Shown here one piece after another: positions 23,815-31,581 of a DNA stretch of 32,000 nucleotides. The notes beneath the pieces are model-generated. The model saw only the letters and a program-made list of their open reading frames with translations, ran no database searches and had not been told where the DNA came from. The DNA is from Acaryochloris thomasi RCC1774 (GTDB taxonomy: Bacteria > Cyanobacteriota > Cyanobacteriia > Thermosynechococcales > Thermosynechococcaceae): NCBI RefSeq assembly GCF_003231495.1, contig NZ_PQWO01000007.1:30001-62000 (forward strand). Direction: 5' to 3'. Positions within the stretch are counted from its first letter, which is position 1, and every line of letters starts with the position of its first letter. The position numbers and the translations under genes were made by a program.

Positions 23815-23856
23815 GTATCAAGGTGTACCAAACTCTAGGCTTAGATTCGCTACTGT
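23815..23856 (+). promoter_or_regulatory. NtcA-type activated promoter (GTA-N8-TAC, N22, TAN3T)
   Basis: GTA (23815-17), an 8-nt spacer, TAC (23826-28), exactly 22 nt, then TACTGT (23851-56). This is about 30 nt upstream of the LysR ATG at 23888. A second, imperfect GTA-N8-TAT lies at 23792-23804. Confidence 0.5.
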
Positions 23857-23887
23857 GTTTAGAGACTGTAGCCTGGGCCACATTTTA

Positions 23888-24844
23888 ATGCGAATTGAAC
23901 AACTGCAAGCTTTTCTAGCGGTTTACGATACCGGCAGCTTTCAAGGTGCCGCGCAGAAGCTTCAGGTGACTCAGTCTACTGTGAGCCGACAGGTTCAGGG
24001 TTTAGAGACAGAACTGGGCCTCCCTCTCTTGCATCGCGGGCCCAAGAATAAGCTCACGGTTGCCGGAGAACAACTCTTGCCAAGGGTAAAGAAAATTTTA
24101 TTTGAATGGCAAGAAGCAACGCAAGAGCTAGTGGATTTGCGCTTAGGGAAGCAGCCCGAACTTTGCGTGGCCGCGATTCATTCGGTCTGTGCTCACTATC
24201 TTCCACCTGTTCTGCAGCAGTTCTGCCATCAATATCCTGAGGTGCAGCTGCGGGTGACATCTCTGGGGAGCGATCGCTCTCTAAAAGTCTTGAGGGATGG
24301 TCTCGTGGATTTGGCCATTGTGATGGATAATGCCTATCTCACTAAAAGCTCGGAGCTAGTGGTGGATCAACTGTATGATGAGGCGATTTTAGTCTTGATG
24401 GCGGCGAATCATCCCCTAGCTCAGTATGAAATTGTTCCTTGGGCTGAGCTGACGCGATTCCCGCAGGTGGTGTTTAAAGATGGCTACGGGATGCAGCGAT
24501 TGGTCCAGTCTCAATTTCAGCGGCAGGGCTTAGAGCTGAAGGCTGTTTTAGAACTCAATACGCTGGATGCGTTTCGGGGCGTGATTCGTCAAGGTGAGAT
24601 GATTTCTCTGCTGCCTCATGGGGCACTGGTGGAGGCGCAGACTGATTCAACTTTGGCCATTCGGCAATTCGCGCAGCCGGAGTCCCAAATGACAGACCAA
24701 GATGCACTCATGCGTCAGGTGGTAATGGTGACCACCCAGGATCGACTTCTGATTCCGCCCATTGCCAATTTTCGGAGGCTGGTCTGCGACTCGTTTCAGT
24801 CTCAGAAGGCCAAGCAAATAAATTCTGTACTTCCATTGTCTTAG
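23888..24844 (+). CDS. LysR-family transcriptional regulator (NtcB-like candidate)
   Basis: ATG 23888 gives the canonical LysR N-terminus MRIEQLQAFLAVYDTGSFQGAAQKLQVTQSTVSRQVQGLE. The track start at 23813 would place the NtcA box inside coding sequence. That gives 318 aa with a LysR substrate-binding domain. Confidence 0.9.
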   Translation: MRIEQLQAFLAVYDTGSFQGAAQKLQVTQSTVSRQVQGLETELGLPLLHRGPKNKLTVAGEQLLPRVKKILFEWQEATQELVDLRLGKQPELCVAAIHSVCAHYLPPVLQQFCHQYPEVQLRVTSLGSDRSLKVLRDGLVDLAIVMDNAYLTKSSELVVDQLYDEAILVLMAANHPLAQYEIVPWAELTRFPQVVFKDGYGMQRLVQSQFQRQGLELKAVLELNTLDAFRGVIRQGEMISLLPHGALVEAQTDSTLAIRQFAQPESQMTDQDALMRQVVMVTTQDRLLIPPIANFRRLVCDSFQSQKAKQINSVLPLS

Positions 24845-24865
24845 CCTTAAGGTTTACGTACCCCT

Positions 24866-25936
24866 ATGACTGAGGCTATGAGCCAAGAATTTCGAGGATA
24901 TTTAAAGAAGATTGGCAGTGGGGTCCACACTTCCAAAAATTTATCTCGGCAGGAATCGGCTGCAGCGACCCGACTGATGCTGCAGCAGCAGGCAACCCCG
25001 GCCCAGATTGGAGCCTATTTGATTGCCCATCGCATCAAGCGAGCCACGGTGGATGAGATGGCTGGAATCTTGGATGCTTTTGAGCTGCTGGGGCCACAGG
25101 TGCCTGAAATTGACAACCCTCAGCCGGTTGCGGTGTTCAGTGTGCCCTATGATGGACGGTCGCGCACGGCGCCTCTACTGCCGCTGATTGCCCTACTGCT
25201 GGCAACGGAGGGTAACCCGGTACTGATGCATGGGGGTACCTGTATGCCGACGAAGTATGGGGTGCCGCTGGTGGATTTATGGAAAGGATTGGGGATTGAT
25301 TGGACAGCTTTAACGCTTGAGCAGGCACATCAGGTATTGTCAGAAACGGGGCTGAGTATGGTCTATCTGCCTCAACATTTTTCGTTGGCCCATCAGCTCG
25401 TGGACTATCGAGACCAAATTGGGAAACGGCCTACTTTGGCAACGGCGGAGCTACTGTGGTGTCCCTATGCGGGCAATCGCCATCAGTTTTCGGGTTTTGT
25501 GCATCCGCCGACTGAAAGGCTGTTGCAGGATGTGTTTGCGCTGCGCGGTAATGTTTATCCCTATACAACGATCAAGGGGCTAGAGGGGAGCTGTGATTTG
25601 CCTTGCGATCGCACCAATATCATCGGTGTATATAATCCCGACAACGATCCCCCCTTCGAGCGGCTATTCTTATCGGCCCGCGACCATGATTTAGGGGGAG
25701 CAGAGGTGCCTTTGGAATCCACAGAAACCCTCCTTGCCCAAATGCATCAGGTCATCGCAGGTCAAAAGTCTCCCCTTCTGCCAGCCGTCCTCTGGAGTGG
25801 TGGCTTCTATCTTTGGCATCTGAAACTTTGCCCCGATTTACGGTCAGGAATTGAAAAGGTGAGATCGCTCCTACAGGAAGGAAAAGTAGCTTCAACCCTC
25901 CAGCATCTTTGTCAAAAGATCTCGGCCTGTTCATGA
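24866..25936 (+). CDS. anthranilate phosphoribosyltransferase-family (glycosyl transferase family 3) protein, divergent TrpD paralog
   Basis: 356 aa. The N-terminal helical domain is LSRQESAAATRLMLQQQATPAQIGAYLIAHRIKRATVDEMAGILDAF. The Rossmann-like core has PYDGRSR and MHGG where TrpD has GTGGD and KHGN. Confidence 0.8.
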   Translation: MTEAMSQEFRGYLKKIGSGVHTSKNLSRQESAAATRLMLQQQATPAQIGAYLIAHRIKRATVDEMAGILDAFELLGPQVPEIDNPQPVAVFSVPYDGRSRTAPLLPLIALLLATEGNPVLMHGGTCMPTKYGVPLVDLWKGLGIDWTALTLEQAHQVLSETGLSMVYLPQHFSLAHQLVDYRDQIGKRPTLATAELLWCPYAGNRHQFSGFVHPPTERLLQDVFALRGNVYPYTTIKGLEGSCDLPCDRTNIIGVYNPDNDPPFERLFLSARDHDLGGAEVPLESTETLLAQMHQVIAGQKSPLLPAVLWSGGFYLWHLKLCPDLRSGIEKVRSLLQEGKVASTLQHLCQKISACS

Positions 25937-26526
25937 TGCTTGCCGAGCCTGATCAGGTCTCTGCACTCATTCTGGCAGGGGGGCGCAGCTCTCGCATGGG
26001 CACGGATAAAGCCCTGCTGCTTTGGAAAGGCATTCCTCTACTGGAACGAGTTTGCCGAGTGGCTGATCAGTGTTGCTCATCTGTCTCTGTCTTGACCCCT
26101 TGGCCCCAACGATATCAACCGATCATTTCTGTTCCCGTTCAGTTCATCGAAGAAGCCACGCCTCAGCAAGGACCACTGATCGCTTTAGGACAGGGACTAG
26201 AAGAAATTTCATCTCCTTGGATCCTGTTGCTGGCTTGCGATTTACCTTGTCTTGAGTCTCAACTCCTCCGAGGCTGGAGCCGTAAGCTTCGGGGTTTACC
26301 TGATCCATTGTTGGCTCAAGTGCCGTATCACCAAGAACGCTGGGAACCGCTGTGTGGCTTTTATCATCGACGTTGCTTGCCTCAGCTTCAGTCCTTCATT
26401 GCCCAAGGCGGGCGTTCATTTCAAGGCTGGCTGGAGCAAATGCCCGTGCAAAAGCTAGCGGTGAATGGAGCCACAGCCGCGATGCTTCGCAACTGCAATA
26501 CTCCTGAAGATTTGGCATCAAGCTGA
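25933..26526 (+). CDS. mobA: molybdenum cofactor guanylyltransferase MobA
   Basis: The LILAGGRSSRMGTDKALL motif is present. ATG 25933 overlaps the upstream TGA (ATGA), giving 197 aa. The ACDLP motif is also present. Confidence 0.85.
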   Translation: MMLAEPDQVSALILAGGRSSRMGTDKALLLWKGIPLLERVCRVADQCCSSVSVLTPWPQRYQPIISVPVQFIEEATPQQGPLIALGQGLEEISSPWILLLACDLPCLESQLLRGWSRKLRGLPDPLLAQVPYHQERWEPLCGFYHRRCLPQLQSFIAQGGRSFQGWLEQMPVQKLAVNGATAAMLRNCNTPEDLASS

Positions 26527-26563
26527 CAGAATACTAATATCGCGTTCCTCTTTCTCTGGGTGT

Positions 26564-27022
26564 ATGAACAAGCCGCAATTTTTTGAGTTTGAAGCCGACT
26601 TCACGGATTCGCTGCGCTGTATCCCAATGGCGGTGCGTCTGAACCTAGATACCTGTGGGATCAAGCTGAAGCTGGCGCAGTGGAACGAATTTACGGCTGA
26701 GGAACGACAGCAGCTTGTAGATTTGCCCTGTTCAACCCCTGACGAGATTCAAGTCTATCGGCAGCAGCTCAAGGATTTAATCTGGCAGCGGACTCAAGCC
26801 CAAGCGTCGGAGCTTGCCATTGACGAGCATCCGAGCTGGCTCAACGTTGCTGCTATCCCTGAAGGGCTGCAGGAAAAAGCCCAGGCCCACAACATTACTC
26901 TCACTCTGGAACAGTGGCAGGCACTGACGCCACTACAGCGCTTTGCTCTAATTAAGCTCAGTCGCCCTAGTCATGAAAGCCTCAACTTTGTGCCTGCTCT
27001 CAAGGAATTTGAGCTGGCCTAG
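26564..27022 (+). CDS. nitrate reductase associated protein (NarM-like family)
   Basis: ATG 26564 gives [43 protein letters not shown], which matches my memory of the cyanobacterial nitrate-reductase-associated family (152 aa). The track start at 26465 would overlap mobA. Confidence 0.75.
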   Translation: MNKPQFFEFEADFTDSLRCIPMAVRLNLDTCGIKLKLAQWNEFTAEERQQLVDLPCSTPDEIQVYRQQLKDLIWQRTQAQASELAIDEHPSWLNVAAIPEGLQEKAQAHNITLTLEQWQALTPLQRFALIKLSRPSHESLNFVPALKEFELA

Positions 27023-28065
27023 CCCACCGCCTGTTGCTGAATCTGAGAGGCTCGGAGTTGACCACAGGCCGCATCTTGGTCCAGTCCACGAGAACGACGT
27101 ACGCTAGCCGTAATGTGGTTCTCCTCTAAAATCTGCAGGAACGTTTGCATATCTTCGCCTGTGGGCCGCTGGTAGTCTACCTCAGAGATGGGATTATAGG
27201 GGATCAGATTAACGTGACTCTGGAACCCGCGCAGATGCTGAACAAGTTCTTGAGCATGTTCAGGCTGATCGTTGATGCCGGAGAGCAAAATGTATTCAAA
27301 GGTGACTCGCCGCCCTGTGATCTCTACGTAGATGCGGCAGTCTTTTAGCAGTGCCTCTAGCTGATATCCCTTGGCCGTGGGGACTAACTGACTACGCAGC
27401 TTTTGGCTCGAGGCATGTAGGCTCACCGCCAGCGTAATTTGTAGTTTCTCTCTAGCCAGCTTCCGAATCTGGCCGGGGATGCCCACCGTTGAGACGGTAA
27501 TCGACCGCTGACCAATGCCGATATCTGTGTTGATGGATCGCACTGCTGCCAAGACGTTCTCTAGGTTCGAGAGCGGTTCCCCCATGCCCATAAACACGAC
27601 GTTGCTGACCCGCTGTCCGAAATCTTCTTGAACCGTCAGTACTTGATCAATAATTTCGTGGCTAGCAAGATTGCGCGTAAAGCCGCCTTTGCCCGTGGCA
27701 CAAAAATTACAGGCCATCGCACAGCCCACTTGAGAAGAGACGCACACCGTTAGCCGCTTCTGGGTGGGGATGCCTACGGCTTCAATAATCTGACCATCCG
27801 TCATTCGCAGCAGGTATTTGACGGTGCCGTCTCTGGCTTCAGACCGCAAATGGATTTCTGAACGTCCGATGGCGGTGTCTGAGAGTTGCGATCGCCACAC
27901 CTTCGGGAATACCGTGATCTCCGTTAGCGATCGTGCGCCCTTCTGATAAATCCACTGATGGAGCTGCCCACCCCGATAGGCCGGTTGCTCTTGTGACTGC
28001 ACCCAGTCTGTTAGCTCTGATTTTGATGCTCCCAGTAAGGGCGGTATTGCTGCGCTCTTAGTCAT
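27019..28065 (-). CDS. rlmN: 23S rRNA/tRNA adenine-C2 methyltransferase RlmN (radical SAM)
   Basis: 348 aa. It carries the radical-SAM cluster motif [18 protein letters not shown], then MGMGEPL and a C-terminal DAACGQL. Confidence 0.95.
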   Translation of the reverse strand: MTKSAAIPPLLGASKSELTDWVQSQEQPAYRGGQLHQWIYQKGARSLTEITVFPKVWRSQLSDTAIGRSEIHLRSEARDGTVKYLLRMTDGQIIEAVGIPTQKRLTVCVSSQVGCAMACNFCATGKGGFTRNLASHEIIDQVLTVQEDFGQRVSNVVFMGMGEPLSNLENVLAAVRSINTDIGIGQRSITVSTVGIPGQIRKLAREKLQITLAVSLHASSQKLRSQLVPTAKGYQLEALLKDCRIYVEITGRRVTFEYILLSGINDQPEHAQELVQHLRGFQSHVNLIPYNPISEVDYQRPTGEDMQTFLQILEENHITASVRRSRGLDQDAACGQLRASQIQQQAVG

Positions 28066-28143
28066 TCGTTACCTATTCCCCGTGTCTTGGGACCTTATTC
28101 CCTTCACCATAATGCCCCTCTAATGAACTCGGCAAGAAAACGC

Positions 28144-28173
28144 TTGAACCAAATTCGACGCAAGGCGTATACT
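28144..28173 (+). promoter_or_regulatory. candidate rpsD promoter
   Basis: TTGAAC (28144-49), an 18-nt spacer and TATACT (28168-73), 40 nt upstream of the rpsD ATG. Confidence 0.4.
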
Positions 28174-28213
28174 AGAAATTCTGACTGAGACAATCTAAGT
28201 AAAAGGAATTCAT

Positions 28214-28822
28214 ATGTCGCGATATCGAGGCCCGCGCCTCAGAGTGGTTCGTCGTCTGGGGGATTTGCCAGGTTTAACGCGCAAGACAGCCCGACGAGCT
28301 TACCCACCTGGACAGCATGGTCAAGGGCGCAAAAAACGCTCAGAATATGGAACGCAGCTCGAAGAGAAGCAAAAACTGCGTTTCAACTATGGTCTGTCTG
28401 AAAAGCAACTGCTTCGCTGTGTGCGTAAGGCTAAGCGGTCGGGCGGCTCCACCGGTCAGGTGCTGCTGCAAATTCTAGAAATGCGGTTAGACAATACAAT
28501 CTTTCGACTCGGTATGGCACCTACCATTCCGTCAGCGCGTCAGTTGGTGAACCACGGCCACGTTACGGTTAATGGTCGAGTGGTTTCTATCGCTAGCTAT
28601 CAGTGCCGCCCTGGCGATGTAATTGGGGTGCGGAACAAAGATAATTCGAAGGCGATGGTGGAAGAGAACCTGAAGTATCCGGGTTTGGCGAATGTCCCCA
28701 CTCACCTAGACTTCGACAAGAACAATATGACGGCCAAGGTCACTGGCGTCATTGAGCGTGAATGGATCGCTCTTGAAATCAATGAGCTACTGGTGGTGGA
28801 ATACTACTCCCGTAAGGGTTAG
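28214..28822 (+). CDS. rpsD: 30S ribosomal protein S4
   Basis: 202 aa. [21 protein letters not shown]...S4-domain [28 protein letters not shown] is canonical S4. Confidence 0.97.
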   Translation: MSRYRGPRLRVVRRLGDLPGLTRKTARRAYPPGQHGQGRKKRSEYGTQLEEKQKLRFNYGLSEKQLLRCVRKAKRSGGSTGQVLLQILEMRLDNTIFRLGMAPTIPSARQLVNHGHVTVNGRVVSIASYQCRPGDVIGVRNKDNSKAMVEENLKYPGLANVPTHLDFDKNNMTAKVTGVIEREWIALEINELLVVEYYSRKG

Positions 28823-28875
28823 GCTTATTCGAATTTTATGAACCGCGGCATTGGTTCTGATTTCATTCTTTTTGT

Positions 28876-28910
28876 CCCTCTCAGGCCCGTCAGCTTGAGA
28901 GGGATTTTTT
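28876..28910 (+). terminator. rho-independent terminator of rpsD
   Basis: CCCTCTCA (28876-83) pairs with TGAGAGGG (28896-903) across a 12-nt loop, followed by ATTTTTT. Confidence 0.75.
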
Positions 28911-28923
28911 AAGTGTTGAGACG

Positions 28924-29613
28924 CTATGGCGATGTTTGGCGTTGGTGGAGAATTTGAGTTGCGATCGCAAGATCTTCCGGTGTCGTCACCTTTAGATTTG
29001 TCTCTTCCCCTGGCACAATGTGGACCGGCAAATCACACTTTTCAAACAAGGCTGCATCATCGGTCACCTCCCAACCCTGCTGCTTGCCCTGCTCGTGACA
29101 CTGCTTGAGTAAAGGCACCCCAAACCCTTGAGGCGTCTGTGCGGCCCATAAATTTGAGCGGTCGGGTGTACTCTGAATTCTGCCCTCCTGATCGACAACC
29201 TTGATCGTATCCTTGACTGGAACAGCCGCAATCAGTCCCTGGTGATGGTTTAAAGCATCCGCACAGCGATCCAACAGCTCTGGCGTCGCTAGGCATCTAG
29301 CACCATCATGAATCAGAACCTGCTTTGCATTTAAAGGGAGAGCCTGAAGACCGTTGTAAACAGATTCCTGTCGAGTTGTGCCGCCCTGGACTAGCTCCAC
29401 TGGCTTGGTAATCTGCAGATTTTGGAGCATCTCTTTCCAGGTGGGCCAGTCGTCGGGCTGCCCGATGAGGCCAATCCACTGAATGCGCTCAGAAGCATGG
29501 GCCGCTAAGAGCGTCCAGGCTAGGAGCGGTTTATCAAGCAGCATCAGCCGCAGCTTGTTGCGATCGCTACCCATCCGTCGGCCTACCCCTGCTGCCGGTA
29601 TTAGTAAGTGCAT
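28924..29613 (-). CDS. ispD: 2-C-methyl-D-erythritol 4-phosphate cytidylyltransferase IspD
   Basis: MHLLIPAAGVGRRMGSDRNKL is the typical IspD start and motif, with ATG at 29613 giving 229 aa. The ORF stays open up to 29679. The HDGARC and TDD motifs are present. Confidence 0.9.
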   Translation of the reverse strand: MHLLIPAAGVGRRMGSDRNKLRLMLLDKPLLAWTLLAAHASERIQWIGLIGQPDDWPTWKEMLQNLQITKPVELVQGGTTRQESVYNGLQALPLNAKQVLIHDGARCLATPELLDRCADALNHHQGLIAAVPVKDTIKVVDQEGRIQSTPDRSNLWAAQTPQGFGVPLLKQCHEQGKQQGWEVTDDAALFEKCDLPVHIVPGEETNLKVTTPEDLAIATQILHQRQTSP

Positions 29614-29749
29614 ACCTGTCCTTTTCCTTGCCTCTTCCAATCCTACTGGCAGACTGCCCCTCTCAATTAAGGGTGTCAAGGTCGATGTTCCATTACAATA
29701 AAGTCGTCAAGCCTTCGGGCCACCCCACTCAGAAGCATTTCAAAAATCC

Positions 29750-30703
29750 ATGACTCGTGTATTAGCTCTCATTCCCGGCGGACTTGGCGATCAGCTTCTC
29801 TTTTTCCCCACGTTAGAACATCTGCAAGAGGAGTATCCTAGCGCTCAGATTGATGTGATGGTAGAGCCGCGCGCCAAGGCTTCTTACCGGGTCTGTCCAG
29901 TGGTCAATAAAGTAATGACCTTTGATTTTATTGGTCGCACAGGTCCAGCGGATTGGGGCAATCTCATTGGTTTAGGACGCGATCGCGAATATGATGCTGC
30001 GATCTACATGGGGCAGGGCTGGCAAATGGGCATTCTGCTCTGGTTGATGGGGATTCCCAAGCGCATTGCCTACGATGGTTCTGGAGGTTTCTTCTATACC
30101 GATACTGTGCCCCTGAAGACTAAGCAGTATATGGCTTATCAATATCATGATCTGCTGCACGGCATGGGAATCACGAGCGCCTGTCCCGAAATCGCCATTA
30201 GTATTCCAAGCTCTGATCGCCAATGGGCAGAATCTGAACAGCAGCGCTTGGGCCTTTCGCCTGAGCAGGGATATGTCATCGTTCATGGCGATATTTACCC
30301 CCGCTTAAACCCGCTCGATCGCTACCCTATTGACGGGTGGCAGTCGATTGTTCTGGGGTTGCAGGAGCGCCAGCCTGACCTGCCGATTGTCTTGATTGAT
30401 GATCCGAAGGTTCCCGACTGGTCAAGGACGTTGATGAATAAAAGCACTGCTCTCAAGCTCAGTTCACCGACAGGCATTGGCAAGCTGGCCGCGCTGATTG
30501 ATGGTGCCCAGATGCTCATTTGCCCTGAGAGTGCTCCGATGCATTTGGCTGTGTCCCTTCATACGCAGGTTGTGGCTCTATTTGGGTCTCGTAACCCTGG
30601 GCAGCAGCTCCCTGACAGTGATTTAGCTGTAGGTCTAAAATCTAATACCGGCAACATCAGCGATATTTCGCCGATTCAGGTGCTGGAGAAAACGAAACTC
30701 TAG
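29750..30703 (+). CDS. glycosyltransferase family 9 (heptosyltransferase-like)
   Basis: 317 aa. The GT9 N-terminus is VLALIPGGLGDQLLFFPTLEHLQEEYPSAQIDVMVEP. The C-terminal region is LICPESAPMHLAVSL. Confidence 0.85.
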   Translation: MTRVLALIPGGLGDQLLFFPTLEHLQEEYPSAQIDVMVEPRAKASYRVCPVVNKVMTFDFIGRTGPADWGNLIGLGRDREYDAAIYMGQGWQMGILLWLMGIPKRIAYDGSGGFFYTDTVPLKTKQYMAYQYHDLLHGMGITSACPEIAISIPSSDRQWAESEQQRLGLSPEQGYVIVHGDIYPRLNPLDRYPIDGWQSIVLGLQERQPDLPIVLIDDPKVPDWSRTLMNKSTALKLSSPTGIGKLAALIDGAQMLICPESAPMHLAVSLHTQVVALFGSRNPGQQLPDSDLAVGLKSNTGNISDISPIQVLEKTKL

Positions 30704-30805
30704 GGGCTATTAGGGGCGAGTGACGACGGGGCACTGGGGTTTGTCTGGTGTGACTCTCAGCGGACTGGAGGTCCATGATAATCTGAATAAGAGAATAGGC
30801 ATCAA

Positions 30806-30879
30806 CGGGATGTAGCGCAGTTTGGTAGCGCACTTCGTTCGGGACGAAGGGGCCGGAGGTTCAAATCCTCTCATCCCGA
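30806..30879 (+). tRNA. tRNA-Pro (anticodon CGG)
   Basis: Hand-folded cloverleaf of 74 nt with no encoded CCA. The acceptor stem is CGGGATG/CATCCCG, the D stem GCGC/GCGC and the anticodon stem CTTCG/CGAAG with loop TTCGGGA. The T arm is GGAGG-TTCAAAT-CCTCT and the discriminator is A. Confidence 0.9.
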
Positions 30880-31120
30880 TTGAGCGTAAGGGCGATCGCC
30901 CCCGCTCCTTTTATTCTGACGGTGAATGATGTCTCAGAGCTGGTCATTCAGAGTGTTGAGTCGTATTAAAAGCTCCTAAACCGTCTAGAGCATCTAGAGT
31001 CTATCCAAGGGATACAGAGCTAGAGGAATCTGACCAAGGGGAAGGCCAACCAGCAACAGGGGTACTCACAGCGCTTGGTCTCCAGCTAGCCCCTGAACAC
31101 AATGACTAAGTTGCTAGGTC

Positions 31121-31300
31121 TCATTCTGCTCTCAACTGATCATCCATTACAGGAATTTGGTCTGGTGGAAGAATCACTACTTCGCCGTCACGCCAGACAG
31201 CAATAGATTCGCCTAGTCTTCGGTGTCGATCAAGAGCCTGTGCGATCGCAGCCTTTACACCTTCATTAATTTTGCTGGACAAAAGTTGATAATCACTCAT
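31121..31300 (-). CDS. small hypothetical protein (59 aa), antitoxin-sized; below the ORF-track cutoff
   Basis: My own translation of the minus strand gives MSDYQLLSSKINEGVKAAIAQALDRHRRLGESIAVWRDGEVVILPPDQIPVMDDQLRAE*. It has an ATG start and a TGA stop. No family is assigned with certainty. Confidence 0.45.
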   Translation of the reverse strand: MSDYQLLSSKINEGVKAAIAQALDRHRRLGESIAVWRDGEVVILPPDQIPVMDDQLRAE

Positions 31301-31581
31301 GAGTCTGAGGGCTTATGATTTGATGACAAGTTTCTGAGTCATAAATGGTAGGTGTTAGCTTGATCCCACGCTCAGCTATGAGCTTAAGAGTTGTCTCAGA
31401 GTTATTGTAGATAATCCAACTATCGTGTGTCGGCGAATATAACTGCTTGAGATTCCTGAGTCCTCGCTTGAAAACTATGTCTGCTGAAGCAGTGCTGTCT
31501 TAGTTCATCTGGCGACGGCGATAACTGCAATTTAATATTGGTATATCCTGGGCAGGGTAGATATTTCAGGCTCTTATTTTT

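Noticed and set aside
23813-23887. Upstream extension of the LysR ORF (track start 23813)
   Set aside because: LysR proteins start with the HTH (MRIEQLQAF..) at 23888. The extension would bury the GTA-N8-TAC / -10 promoter inside coding sequence.
26465-26563. Upstream extension of the nitrate-reductase-associated protein ORF, overlapping mobA by 62 nt
   Set aside because: The family's conserved N-terminus begins at [13 protein letters not shown] (ATG 26564), and the extension has no conserved look.
29614-29679. N-terminal 22-codon extension of ispD
   Set aside because: IspD homologs begin just before the (I/L)PAAG-x-G-x-RM motif. ATG 29613 has an AAGGA-like RBS upstream. The extension remains possible, so the confidence is not 1.
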